NCBI GenBank assembly: GCA_902592655.1
Contig: CACJFE010000005.1
Span: forward strand, 10,726-74,725
DNA from: an uncultured Pelagibacteraceae bacterium
Lineage (GTDB): Bacteria > Pseudomonadota > Alphaproteobacteria > Pelagibacterales > Pelagibacteraceae
DNA: 64,000 nt
Reading direction: 5' to 3'
Position numbers and translations under genes: made by a program. The notes beneath the pieces were generated by a model. That model ran no database searches, was not told where the DNA came from, and was given only the letters and a program-made list of their open reading frames with translations. Shown one piece after another: positions 19,982-30,388 of this stretch (positions are counted from its first letter, which is position 1; each line of letters starts with the position of its first letter).

Positions 19982-21199
19982 TTAAATTTGAAATACTTTT
20001 TTACATTTACTAATTGACTCACTTAAAATATCAATATCTTCTTTACTGTTATAAACTCCAATTGAAGCTCTTGCTGAGGCAGGTATTCCAAGTTTGTCAT
20101 GTAAAATTTGACAACAATGGTGACCTGCTCTAATTGCTACACCATCATCATCTAAGATTGTAGCTATATCATGCGGATGAATTCCTTTAATAGTAAAAGA
20201 CAAAATAGATGCCCTGTTTTTGGGATTACCAATTATATTTACAGAATTGTCTTTTCTCAATTTTTCTAAACCATATTGAAGTATTTGATCTTCATGTTTT
20301 TCTATATTCTTAATTCCCAAATCCTGGATAAACTTAATTGATTTAGCAAAAGCTACTACCTCTGCGGTTTGCATAGTACCTGCTTCAAACTTAGTAGGCG
20401 AGTCTGCATAAGTTATTTTATCTTTTTTTACCTCGCTTATCATTCCACCACCTCCTTGATATGGCGGTAATTCATCTACCCATTTTTTTCTAGCATAAAG
20501 AATACCTAATCCATTAGGTCCATACATTTTATGACAAGAAATAGCATAAAAATCACACCCCAAATCTTGTACATCTACAACTGAATGAGGTGCGCCTTGA
20601 GTCCCATCAATTAATACTGGAATATTCTTGGATTTGGCCAAATCGATAATTTTCTTCACTGGCATAATAGTCCCTGTAACGTTTGAAATGTGAGTAAAAG
20701 CAATCATTTTGGTTTTTTCCGTAATTTGTTTTTTAAATTCGTCAATATCAATTTCTCCATTTTCATTTACTGATGCAAATTTAATAACTGCGCCTCTCTT
20801 TTTTCTAAGATAATGCCATGGAACATAATTTGAATGATGTTCTAATTCGGTGACTAGAATTTCATCACCAGCTTTAACAAATTTTTCTCCATAAGTGCTA
20901 GCTACTAAATTTATTGCCTCAGTAGCTCCTTTTGTAAAAATTATTTCTTCTCTATGTTTAGCATTTATATATGATTGAACTGTATCTCTTGTTTCTTCAA
21001 ATTTATTAGTTGCTTTAACTGCTAGTGTATGAACGCTTCTACCTACATTTGAAAATTCAGTTTCATAAAATCTGGACATTTCATTAATTACAGTTTTTGG
21101 TTTTTGTGAAGAATTAGCGCTATCTAAGTAAGTTAAAAGCTTACCTTTAATTTTTTGACCAAAAATTGGAAATTTTGATTTTATATTTTCAAACCCCAT
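19982..21199 (-). CDS. sufS: Cysteine desulfurase, group II
   Basis: YLDSA..SQKP, EHHSN, SCHKMYGP, RAGHHC. Confidence 0.95.
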   Translation of the reverse strand: MGFENIKSKFPIFGQKIKGKLLTYLDSANSSQKPKTVINEMSRFYETEFSNVGRSVHTLAVKATNKFEETRDTVQSYINAKHREEIIFTKGATEAINLVASTYGEKFVKAGDEILVTELEHHSNYVPWHYLRKKRGAVIKFASVNENGEIDIDEFKKQITEKTKMIAFTHISNVTGTIMPVKKIIDLAKSKNIPVLIDGTQGAPHSVVDVQDLGCDFYAISCHKMYGPNGLGILYARKKWVDELPPYQGGGGMISEVKKDKITYADSPTKFEAGTMQTAEVVAFAKSIKFIQDLGIKNIEKHEDQILQYGLEKLRKDNSVNIIGNPKNRASILSFTIKGIHPHDIATILDDDGVAIRAGHHCCQILHDKLGIPASARASIGVYNSKEDIDILSESISKCKKVFQI

Positions 21200-22433
21200 T
21201 TATTTGTTCCTTTATAGTTTTTTCAAGAAAAGTTTTTATTTTTTGTTCAGGAATATTAACGAAAACCTCATTAAGAAAACCTGTTATTAAAAGTTTTTTG
21301 GCTTCAGTTAGTTTAATTCCTCTAGTCATTAAATAATGAATAGCATCTGCATCTATACTTCCCGATGTAGATCCATGAGAACACTTAACGTCGTCAGCGT
21401 ATATTTCTAATTCTGGTTTGGCATTAAATTCAGACTTATCATCCAATATAAGTGCTTTACTTAATTGATAAGCATCAGTTTTTTGCGCAATATCTTTTAC
21501 AAATATTTTACCTTGATAAACACCGTTACTATCACTTTCTAAAACATTTTTAATTTTTTGATAACTTTTACAATTTGGTGCCAAGTGATTTATTTGTGTC
21601 TTAATTTCTTGATGTTCATTTTTACCTAAACATAATCCTGATAAAATAAAGCAATTACTATTCTCTTTCGTTAAACTAATATTTTGATCTATTTTGTTAA
21701 ATGTCAATCCGGAACTCAATATAAAATTTTGATAACTTGAGTTATATCCTTGTGTTCCTGCTACGCTTTTATAAAAATAACCTTTGCTCTTTGTTTTTTG
21801 AATAAAGAAACTCTTTAAAACTGAATTATCTTTAATTTCTATATTTTCAAAGGTATTTTTAATAAATTTATTTTTTTCATCAATGTTATATTCTAGCAGA
21901 GTTAGTTCAGAGTTTTGATTTAGTTTAATCTTATTAGAATTATTAATAATCTTATTATCTAAATTTGAAGTGAAATAATTATAAATTATAAATGGTTTTT
22001 TACATTTATAATTCTCTTGAATCTCTAAATAAAATCCTCCTAAAGATAAAGCTTTGTTTAAGAAATATAGATTATTATTTGAATTATCTTTTACCTCTTC
22101 AACTGACTTGAGACTTTGAATTTTAATTTTTCCTTTTTCTTCAAATCTTGTGTCATTTGATTTATATGATCCATTTACCAAGATTATAGAATTATGCTCA
22201 AAGTCATCGATTAACTGAATTTTATTTTTCTCAAAATTAAAATTATAATCATTTGAGATATTCTTAAAGTTTTTTTTTATAATAGAATTTAAATCAGTGA
22301 ATTTCCAGTTTTCATCTTTTTTGTTAGAAAACCCAGACTCTAAAAATAATTTAAGATTTTTCTCTCTGTTTATCTCATCATCTTTTGAGAGAAGAGATGT
22401 TTTCTTTAAATCAATATTAAATAACTTTTCCAT
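21189..22433 (-). CDS. sufD: Fe-S assembly protein SufD
   Basis: E.WKFT, AQKTDAYQ, KPELEIYADDVKCSHG. Confidence 0.94.
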   Translation of the reverse strand: MEKLFNIDLKKTSLLSKDDEINREKNLKLFLESGFSNKKDENWKFTDLNSIIKKNFKNISNDYNFNFEKNKIQLIDDFEHNSIILVNGSYKSNDTRFEEKGKIKIQSLKSVEEVKDNSNNNLYFLNKALSLGGFYLEIQENYKCKKPFIIYNYFTSNLDNKIINNSNKIKLNQNSELTLLEYNIDEKNKFIKNTFENIEIKDNSVLKSFFIQKTKSKGYFYKSVAGTQGYNSSYQNFILSSGLTFNKIDQNISLTKENSNCFILSGLCLGKNEHQEIKTQINHLAPNCKSYQKIKNVLESDSNGVYQGKIFVKDIAQKTDAYQLSKALILDDKSEFNAKPELEIYADDVKCSHGSTSGSIDADAIHYLMTRGIKLTEAKKLLITGFLNEVFVNIPEQKIKTFLEKTIKEQINGV

Positions 22434-23167
22434 TATTTTAAATTTTCGTATCCTGTTTTTTCTAATTCTTGGCCTAAATCAGCACATCCAGTTTTAACAA
22501 TTTTACCGTTAGATAATACGTGAATGAAATCTGGTTTAATGTAATCAAGTAAACGTTGATAATGAGTAATAATTAAAAAAGCATTTTTTTTATTTTTATG
22601 AGAATTCACTCCATCAGCAACAATTCTAAGTGCATCGATATCTAAACCAGAGTCTGTTTCATCTAGAATAGCTAGTTTTGGCTCTAAAAGCGTCATTTGA
22701 AGTATTTCATTTTTCTTTTTTTCTCCACCCGAAAAACCGACATTTAATTGTCTTGATAAAAATTTTTCATCAATATTTAGTTCAGATGCTTTTTCTTTAA
22801 TCAATTTTAAAAGAGATAAAGTATCTAATTCCTTTTCGCCTTTAGATTTTCTTATAGTATTTAAAGAAGTTTTTAAAAAATTAGTTGTGTTAACACCTGG
22901 AATTTCTAAAGGATATTGGAATGCTAAAAATATTCCTTTTTGCGCCCTTTCTTCGATAGGAATATCTTGTAAGTTTTTACCCTCATACTTTAAAATTCCA
23001 CTTACTTCATAACCATTTTTTCCAGAGAGTATATTTGCTAAAGTGCTCTTTCCTGATCCATTTGGACCCATGATTGCATGAACTTCGCCTGGCTTAACTT
23101 TTAAATTTAGGCCGTTTAAAATTGACTTATCATTTATAGAAGCTTGTAGATTTTGTAATTCAAGCAT
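22433..23167 (-). CDS. sufC: Fe-S assembly ATPase SufC
   Basis: GPNGSGKST, FLAFQYP, GFSGGEKK, LDETDSGLD. Confidence 0.97.
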   Translation of the reverse strand: MLELQNLQASINDKSILNGLNLKVKPGEVHAIMGPNGSGKSTLANILSGKNGYEVSGILKYEGKNLQDIPIEERAQKGIFLAFQYPLEIPGVNTTNFLKTSLNTIRKSKGEKELDTLSLLKLIKEKASELNIDEKFLSRQLNVGFSGGEKKKNEILQMTLLEPKLAILDETDSGLDIDALRIVADGVNSHKNKKNAFLIITHYQRLLDYIKPDFIHVLSNGKIVKTGCADLGQELEKTGYENLK

Positions 23168-24600
23168 TATCCAACACTTCCTTCCAGACTGATTGAAACT
23201 AGCTTTTGTGCCTCTACTGCAAACTCCATAGGTAGTTGTTGCAGAACCTCTTTACAAAAACCATTAACTATTAAACTTACTGCTTCTTCTTGATTAAGAC
23301 CTCTTTGATTACAATAGAACAATTGATCTTCATTAATCTTTGAAGTTGTAGCCTCATGCTCCACGGTTGAAGATGAATTTTTATTTTTAATATATGGTAT
23401 TGTATGAGCCCCACATTTATTACCCATTAGTAATGAGTCACATTGAGTATAGTTTCTAGAGTTCAAGGCTTTTGTTCCAATATCTACGAGCCCCCTGTAA
23501 GTATTATCAGCTTTTCCAGCAGAGATTCCTTTTGATATGATTTTACTCTTAGTATTTTTTCCTAAATGAATCATTTTTGTACCTGTATCTGCTTTTTGGT
23601 GATTATTTGTAATAGCTATAGAGTAAAACTCACCTACTGAATTATCGCCCTGCAGTATACAGCTTGGGTATTTCCATGTAATAGCAGATCCTGTTTCAAC
23701 TTGTGTCCATGAAATTTTTGAATTCTTGCCTCTACAAGCACCTCTTTTTGTAACAAAATTATAAATTCCTCCTACACCATCTTTGTCACCGGGATACCAA
23801 TTTTGAACTGTAGAATATTTTATTTCTGCATCATCTAATGCAACCAATTCAACATTAGCTGCGTGTAGTTGATTTTCATCTCTCATAGGGGCTGTGCACC
23901 CCTCAAGATAACTTACGTAACTACCTTTGTCTGCAATTATAAGTGTTCTTTCAAATTGACCTGTTTCTGAAGCATTAATTCTGAAATATGTTGAAAGTTC
24001 CATCGGACATCTTGTGTTTGGAGGAATGTAAACAAAAGAGCCATCGGTAAATACCGCAGAATTTAATGTCGCGAAATAGTGATCACTAATTGGAATTACA
24101 GAACCTAAATATTTTTTTACTAATTCGGGATATTTTTGGATTGCTTCAGATATCGGACAAAAAATTATTCCTTTTTTATCAAGTTCGCCTTTGAAAGTTG
24201 TGGCAACAGACACTGAGTCAAAAACGGCATCAACAGCAACACCACTTAATTTTTTTTGCTCGTTAAGTGGGATGCCTAGTTTATTATATGTTTCAATTAG
24301 CTTTGGATCCACTTCGTCCAAGCTTTTTGGTTTATCTTTCATGCTTTTTGGGGCAGAGTAATAATATAAATCTTGATAATTAATATTTGGGTACTTCGGT
24401 TTTTGCCAATTAGGTTCTTTCAAAGCCTTTAGTCTATTAAAAGCTTTTAGCCTCCAGTCCAACATCCATTTAGGCTCTTTTTTAATTTTGGAAATAAACT
24501 TAATTGTTTCCTCGCTTAACCCTTTCGGAGCTTTAAAGTTTTCTATTTCAGTTGTGAAACCGTATTTATATTCTTGATTTTTTAATTCTTCACTTTTCAT
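23167..24600 (-). CDS. sufB: Fe-S assembly protein SufB
   Basis: [38 protein letters not shown]. Confidence 0.98.
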   Translation of the reverse strand: MKSEELKNQEYKYGFTTEIENFKAPKGLSEETIKFISKIKKEPKWMLDWRLKAFNRLKALKEPNWQKPKYPNINYQDLYYYSAPKSMKDKPKSLDEVDPKLIETYNKLGIPLNEQKKLSGVAVDAVFDSVSVATTFKGELDKKGIIFCPISEAIQKYPELVKKYLGSVIPISDHYFATLNSAVFTDGSFVYIPPNTRCPMELSTYFRINASETGQFERTLIIADKGSYVSYLEGCTAPMRDENQLHAANVELVALDDAEIKYSTVQNWYPGDKDGVGGIYNFVTKRGACRGKNSKISWTQVETGSAITWKYPSCILQGDNSVGEFYSIAITNNHQKADTGTKMIHLGKNTKSKIISKGISAGKADNTYRGLVDIGTKALNSRNYTQCDSLLMGNKCGAHTIPYIKNKNSSSTVEHEATTSKINEDQLFYCNQRGLNQEEAVSLIVNGFCKEVLQQLPMEFAVEAQKLVSISLEGSVG

Positions 24601-24604
24601 AAAT

Positions 24605-25015
24605 CTAATTATTTTTAGTTAAATCTTGCAATTTTACTCTTTCAAAAAAACCATTGATATGTTGATCTAATTGATCCCATAAATTATGTGTTATACATTT
24701 TACTGATTTATGATTGCATCCTCGTTTTGAAGATTTTTTACAATTAAGAGTTTTTACTTCTTCATCAACAGCATAAATAATATTAGATAATTTAATTTCA
24801 GATGCTGGCTTTTCTAGAACGTATCCACCGTTGGCTCCTCTGGAACTTTTGACTAACTTATTATTTTTTAATTTTAAAAAAATCTGTTCTAGATAGGCTA
24901 AAGATATATTTTGTCTTAAAGAAATTTCTGAAAGACTAATTGGTCCTTTGCTTACGTTTGACGCTAAATCTGCCATAGCCATAACCGCGTATCTGCCTTT
25001 ATTAGTAAGTTTCAT
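24605..25015 (-). CDS. iscR: Rrf2 family regulator, IscR-like
   Basis: KGRYAV, YLEQIF, RGANGGY. Three Cys plus His (C..C..CITH) cluster ligands retained. First gene of the suf operon. Confidence 0.9.
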   Translation of the reverse strand: MKLTNKGRYAVMAMADLASNVSKGPISLSEISLRQNISLAYLEQIFLKLKNNKLVKSSRGANGGYVLEKPASEIKLSNIIYAVDEEVKTLNCKKSSKRGCNHKSVKCITHNLWDQLDQHINGFFERVKLQDLTKNN

Positions 25016-25047
25016 AAATTATTGTTGTATTATAATAATTTTTGCCT

Positions 25048-25072
25048 AATTCCTACTAATTTAGTCAGGATT
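25048..25072 (-). promoter_or_regulatory. IscR type-1-like operator
   Basis: Minus strand AATCCTGACTAAATTAGTAGGAATT aligns with the IscR type-1 core GACT-N5-AGTC. Located about 30 bp upstream of iscR. Confidence 0.65.
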
Positions 25073-25123
25073 AAAAAAAAATATTTGTCGCATAAAAACA
25101 TGCTATAAATCTGTACTTTTTTT

Positions 25124-25143
25124 TTTAATAATAATCATTATCA
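25124..25143. promoter_or_regulatory. Fur-box-like site in the iscR-suf / hydrolase divergent region
   Basis: TTTAATAATAATCATTATC is 16/19 to GATAATGATAATCATTATC. Confidence 0.5.
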
Positions 25144-25146
25144 ATT

Positions 25147-25803
25147 ATGAAGCAAAAGAGTTTAGAAATTTTCATACCCGGACCAGCAGGTAGACTTGAA
25201 GCAAAATATTATAAAAACCCCAAATTTGGTTCTCCGGTAGCAATTGTTTTACATCCTCATCCGCAATATGGAGGAACTATGAATAATAGAGTTGTACAAA
25301 TAATGTATAATATATTTGTCCAAAATGGATTTTCAGTCATCAAGATAAATTTTAGAGGTGTTGGAAAGAGTGAGGGAGTATTTGATAATGGACAAGGTGA
25401 ATTGTCAGATGCAGCAGCTGCATTAGATTGGATAGAAAGACAAAACTTAGATTACAGTCAATGCTGGGTCTCGGGATTTTCGTTTGGTTCATTAATATGT
25501 ATGCAATTAATAATGAGAAGACCAGAAGTGAATAATTTTATTGCAGTATCTCCGCAACCAAATGTTTACGATTTTTCTTTTCTTGCTCCATGCCCGACTT
25601 CTGGTCAAGTTATTTATAGCGAAAACGACGAATTAGTTACTAAAGAAAGTATAAATGAGTTAGATACAAGAATTAAAAATCAAAAAGGTGTTGAGGTGGC
25701 CTTTTCAAAAATAAAAAGTTCAAATCATTTTTTTAAAAACAAGGAAAACGAACTTACATCAGAAATTGAAAAATATATAAAGGATAAAACAGCTTTAATT
25801 TAA
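25147..25803 (+). CDS. Alpha/beta-fold hydrolase, divergent from iscR
   Basis: GPAGRLE, HPHPQYGGTM, NFRGVG.SEG, GFSFG nucleophile elbow. Confidence 0.9.
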   Translation: MKQKSLEIFIPGPAGRLEAKYYKNPKFGSPVAIVLHPHPQYGGTMNNRVVQIMYNIFVQNGFSVIKINFRGVGKSEGVFDNGQGELSDAAAALDWIERQNLDYSQCWVSGFSFGSLICMQLIMRRPEVNNFIAVSPQPNVYDFSFLAPCPTSGQVIYSENDELVTKESINELDTRIKNQKGVEVAFSKIKSSNHFFKNKENELTSEIEKYIKDKTALI

Positions 25804-26921
25804 TTTTGAATTAATTCTCCACCTGAGCAAGGTATTTTGCATCCAGTAGTATTTGGAAACGAAATCGGTAAATTTATGATAGATCTAATTGCTAAAAAAG
25901 CGAAAGCCTGAGATTCTATGAAGTCACCATCGATACCGTAATCGTCTATATTTTTTATAGAGATAGTTTTTTCTAAGTTTTTTTTTATTTCTTCTAATAA
26001 GATCGTATTTTTCCTTCCTCCTCCACAAACTAATAATTCTTTAATTTTTAGTTTGTTTTTCAGGATAGTTTCCATAACAACCTCACCAATAATGCTTGCA
26101 GTAAAATTTGTAAGAGTTCTAGCTCCATCTTCTATAGATAAACCTCTAGCAAAAGAAATATCAAAGTCACTAATATCATATGATAATTTATTTTTATTTT
26201 TTCTATTAGCATAAAGCTCTTGTGCTTGCTCAAATATTATTTCATTGTTTTCGCCAACCATTGCAAGCTTACCATCTTTATCAAATTTATTTTTTGAATT
26301 TTTTCTTACCCAATTATCTATTAAACAGTTGCCTGGTCCAACATCCCTACTAAAAAACTCCTGAGTACCAATTTTACTTTTAATAGCTGTTATATTTGAT
26401 ATTCCTCCAATATTTAAAATTCCAATCGGTAAAGCCATTTTTTTTTTTGAAACTATCAATTGATGAAAAATTGGTGCTAATGGTGCTCCCTCACCTCCGT
26501 TAGCAATGTCATTTGCTCTAAAATTGTAAATTATTTTCTTTTTAATTAATTGATGTAAAAGTTTAGGATCACCTAACTGGATTGATGTTTTTTCCTGTGA
26601 ATTATGATAAATAGTTTGCCCATGAAATCCTATAAGATAATCTTCATAATCTATCTTTAAGTTTTTAATAATTTTTGCATGGAATAATGTTATATCTCTT
26701 TCTAAATTTGTAATTTCTGAAGCATAATTAATCAAATCTTTGGAGTTGTTAATTTTATCTTTTAATTCATGTATACATTTATAAATCTTACTGTCATATT
26801 CAAAATATTTGTCTTTTATTGATTCGTAGTCATCGGTTCCATTGGAATTTATTATTGAGGCATCAACTCCGTCTCCTGATGTTCCGCTCATTAATCCCAA
26901 GGATATATATCTTTTATTCAT
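25800..26921 (-). CDS. anmK: Anhydro-N-acetylmuramic acid kinase
   Basis: GLMSGTS.DGVD, GFHGQT, GGEGAPL, NIGGISN, D.GPGN, CGGG. Confidence 0.95.
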   Translation of the reverse strand: MNKRYISLGLMSGTSGDGVDASIINSNGTDDYESIKDKYFEYDSKIYKCIHELKDKINNSKDLINYASEITNLERDITLFHAKIIKNLKIDYEDYLIGFHGQTIYHNSQEKTSIQLGDPKLLHQLIKKKIIYNFRANDIANGGEGAPLAPIFHQLIVSKKKMALPIGILNIGGISNITAIKSKIGTQEFFSRDVGPGNCLIDNWVRKNSKNKFDKDGKLAMVGENNEIIFEQAQELYANRKNKNKLSYDISDFDISFARGLSIEDGARTLTNFTASIIGEVVMETILKNKLKIKELLVCGGGRKNTILLEEIKKNLEKTISIKNIDDYGIDGDFIESQAFAFLAIRSIINLPISFPNTTGCKIPCSGGELIQN

Positions 26922-26976
26922 ATTTTTATTTATTTATATTAAATATCGTATAATAGTTAATTAACTTAATTGTTCT

Positions 26977-28215
26977 ATGAAAAATACGTTCTTAAATGAG
27001 ATGCAACTGAGAGGCTATCTTAATCAGTGTACAGATATTAATAGATTAGAAGAAATTAGCTCTAAAAAGTCAATATGTGCTTATATAGGCTTTGATTGCA
27101 CTGCAAGTAGTTTACATGTTGGAAGTTTAGTGCAAATAATGATTTTAAGATTAATGCAAAAGTATGGCCATCGTCCAATTGTTTTATTAGGTGGTGGTAC
27201 AACATTAATTGGTGATCCATCAGGAAAAGACACGACACGTAAAATATTAAACTCAAAAGAAATTAAAAAAAATATTAAAAATATCAAAAAGATTTTTGAA
27301 AAAATATTAGATAATTCTAATAAAAAAACTAGGCCAATATTTGTAGATAATTCTAAGTGGCTTACTAAATTAAATCTTATAGATTTTTTGAGAAATGTTG
27401 GTCGACACTTCACAATTAATAAAATGCTTACCTTTGATAGTGTAAAGTTAAGATTAGATCGAGAACAATCATTAAGTTATATGGAATTCAATTATATGAT
27501 ACTTCAAGCTTATGATTTTTATAAATTGTTCCAAACTCACAAATGTATTTTACAAATTGGAGGCTCAGATCAATGGGGTAATATTATAAATGGTGTAGAG
27601 CTTATAAGAAGAACAACTAAAAAAGAGTCATTTGGTTTGACCTCTCCTTTGATAACTTTAGCCTCAGGTGCAAAAATGGGCAAAACTGAAAAGGGTGCAA
27701 TATGGCTAGATGAAAAACTGTTTTCAACGTATGATTATTGGCAATTCTGGAGAAACATTGACGATCGTGATGTTAAAAAATTTTTAAATTTTTTTACAGA
27801 AATTAAACATGAGGAAATAAATAAAATCTGTGAAAATGAAAAAAACGTCAATAATCTTAAAATATTATTAGCTAATGAAGCTACAAAAGTTTTATATGGA
27901 GACGAAGCTGCTAAAAAGGCAGAGAAAACTGCTAAAGAAACTTTTAGTGGCAGTGGGATAGGTAAAGATTTACCTGAAATAAAAGTCAAGATAAGCGATA
28001 TAAATAAAGGTATAAATTTAGTAAATTTGCTTTCAGAAAATAAAATTATGTCGTCTAAAAGTGAAGTAAGGAGAGCAATAGCAAATAAAGGATTGAAATT
28101 GAATAATGTTCTTGTAATTGATGATAAAAAAATAATTAACAATAGTGATTTTGAAAAAGATATCTTAAAAATTTCTTTTGGAAAAAAAAAACACTATTTA
28201 GTAAAAATTATTTAG
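26977..28215 (+). CDS. tyrS: Tyrosine--tRNA ligase
   Basis: YIGFDCTA.SLHVG, QIGGSDQWGN, KMGKT, C-terminal S4-like domain. Confidence 0.98.
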   Translation: MKNTFLNEMQLRGYLNQCTDINRLEEISSKKSICAYIGFDCTASSLHVGSLVQIMILRLMQKYGHRPIVLLGGGTTLIGDPSGKDTTRKILNSKEIKKNIKNIKKIFEKILDNSNKKTRPIFVDNSKWLTKLNLIDFLRNVGRHFTINKMLTFDSVKLRLDREQSLSYMEFNYMILQAYDFYKLFQTHKCILQIGGSDQWGNIINGVELIRRTTKKESFGLTSPLITLASGAKMGKTEKGAIWLDEKLFSTYDYWQFWRNIDDRDVKKFLNFFTEIKHEEINKICENEKNVNNLKILLANEATKVLYGDEAAKKAEKTAKETFSGSGIGKDLPEIKVKISDINKGINLVNLLSENKIMSSKSEVRRAIANKGLKLNNVLVIDDKKIINNSDFEKDILKISFGKKKHYLVKII

Positions 28216-30388
28216 TATTCTTACTTCTATCTATAACTTTTTGAATAAATCTTGGAGTAACTGTCCTAATTGGATTAATAGTAGTTTTAATGTTACCTGG
28301 AGGTCCTTTCATCTTAAAACTGATACCAAATAAACCCTCACCTGCCTCTTTTGGTATGACGATATCTCCAATTACTGGGATTTTAGAAATTATTTTATTC
28401 AAAGTTTTTGCTGGAACTAAAGTTCCTCTTAAGCTTGTGATATCAGAATTTTGATAACCCTCCATTAAAACTGATATGCTTGGTCCCAGAGCTAAAATTT
28501 CATTTAGTTTTGTAAAATTCTCTTTTTTTTCCAAACTTACTTCCAATATATCAAATGACAATCCCTCGCCCGCTGCCAAATCAGCTAAACCTCCGAGATC
28601 AGCAAGTGATAATAATTTTACCAACCCCGGGGCATTTATTAATTTAAATTTTTCAATTTTTAATTTTGAGCTGGATAAATTTTTATCAATTACAGATGTA
28701 AAAAGTAGTTTTCCTCCAGATAAACCTTTAAAGAAATCATATTCAGTCAATAATGGTTCCGTTAAGTCAGAATAAACTTCTAAATATTTTTTTTTTGTTT
28801 TGTTATTATTTTTCATTGTAATATCTAAAAAATTATTATCTCCGAAATCTCCTTTAGATGAAATTCTGACAAATTTTCCTTTTTCTATTCTGCCTATTAA
28901 TTTGAAATTTTTTAATTTGTTAGATAGAGGGAAAAAGATATTAGCAAAATCTATCTCTATGTTTTTATTGATTTTAGAAAAAAGATTTACCTCATTTTTT
29001 TGGCTAAACAATTTTGATAATTGATTTGCATCAAACTGTTTACCCTTTATTAAAATTTTTTTTCCATACTCAATTATAAAATCATTATTTATTTTTCCAT
29101 CTTTATTTGTCTTGATTTTTATCTTATTTAATGACTCAAAATTATTATTCTTTAACCTAATTCCCTCAATGGTCATCCTGTTGTTGCCTTCGGTATAAAT
29201 TAATTGATTAATTAATGTGTTTTTATTTTTTTGCTTTAAACTTAAATCTATATTAGCAACACTGTCTATTGGTTTCTTGTAATTTATCGCATCGAATACA
29301 AATGAATGTGCGTAGTCAAAGTTTGCTTTTACATTTCTGGTTTTGCCCGTTGAAACATTTTCTAACTTGAAATCTAAAAAGGAACTGTTGTTTAAATTAT
29401 AGCTGCCATCTAAATAAATAGATGTGCCTTTTGAATTAAAATTAGATTTAATATTTGTTTCTACAAAATATAATTTTTCAAATTTCTCAACTAGTAATGG
29501 GTTTTCCAAATGCTTTTTAAAATCAAAATTTAATTTTGATATTTTTCCATTACTTTTTAATTCATATCTCTTAACCTTATAAGTTTTATCGAAATTTATA
29601 AAGAAGGTGTTATTTAAATTAGCCTCGAAATCTGAGATATCTTCAACTAATTTCATATTCTTATTTAATTTTATAATTTTTTTATTATCTAGATTTTTAA
29701 AATTAGTTTTAAAATTAGAATCTATAGTAACTTCTGGAGATAGTGAAATTCTTAAATCTCCCTCTGTAAATTTGAAAAGATTTGTTTCACCAAAAATATT
29801 TTTAATTAAAATATCTGTGTTATCAGCAAAAAAACTAAATTCAGTATTACTCATATTTACGTTTTCGATTAATTTAGCTCCAAAATCTTTTACTGATCCT
29901 TTAGCTATGAAGTTCTCTACTAAATTTTTTTGATTTAAAAAAACTTCTATTTCTGATTTAATTTTACCATCAAGAATTCGACTATTCATAAAATTTTTTA
30001 AATTTGACGGTTTAATAATTTTGTTAAATTTTTTTAACTCTTGAATGCTCAATTCATTTAATACTATATTAATTTTTTTAATTTTAGGATCAGTTTTGAT
30101 AAGCGATATAAAATTGATATAAACTTTAATATTTTGTACAGGTATCAGTGTTCCCCTGTAAGATAAATTAGGATTTTTAGTATTTAAAAATAAACTAATA
30201 TCTTTTAAGTCCAGCTTGTAAACTATTGTCTCTAAATTGATCTCAAAAAAATTATTTGCTTGATTAATCTTCTTAGATATTAAGTTGTTAAACCTGCTAG
30301 TTTCTATACCAATTGTTGATAAAACAATAATTATACTAAGTGATGATAGTAAAATAAAAATTATTAATGAAAATATTAATTTTTTCAT
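28208..30388 (-). CDS. AsmA-like / YhdP-type envelope protein
   Basis: N-terminal membrane anchor and beta-rich body. C-terminus LRGTLVPA..LN..I..IPVIG....GEGLFG.SF...G....NP is typical of the AsmA-like C-terminal region. Confidence 0.7.
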   Translation of the reverse strand: MKKLIFSLIIFILLSSLSIIIVLSTIGIETSRFNNLISKKINQANNFFEINLETIVYKLDLKDISLFLNTKNPNLSYRGTLIPVQNIKVYINFISLIKTDPKIKKINIVLNELSIQELKKFNKIIKPSNLKNFMNSRILDGKIKSEIEVFLNQKNLVENFIAKGSVKDFGAKLIENVNMSNTEFSFFADNTDILIKNIFGETNLFKFTEGDLRISLSPEVTIDSNFKTNFKNLDNKKIIKLNKNMKLVEDISDFEANLNNTFFINFDKTYKVKRYELKSNGKISKLNFDFKKHLENPLLVEKFEKLYFVETNIKSNFNSKGTSIYLDGSYNLNNSSFLDFKLENVSTGKTRNVKANFDYAHSFVFDAINYKKPIDSVANIDLSLKQKNKNTLINQLIYTEGNNRMTIEGIRLKNNNFESLNKIKIKTNKDGKINNDFIIEYGKKILIKGKQFDANQLSKLFSQKNEVNLFSKINKNIEIDFANIFFPLSNKLKNFKLIGRIEKGKFVRISSKGDFGDNNFLDITMKNNNKTKKKYLEVYSDLTEPLLTEYDFFKGLSGGKLLFTSVIDKNLSSSKLKIEKFKLINAPGLVKLLSLADLGGLADLAAGEGLSFDILEVSLEKKENFTKLNEILALGPSISVLMEGYQNSDITSLRGTLVPAKTLNKIISKIPVIGDIVIPKEAGEGLFGISFKMKGPPGNIKTTINPIRTVTPRFIQKVIDRSKNTK

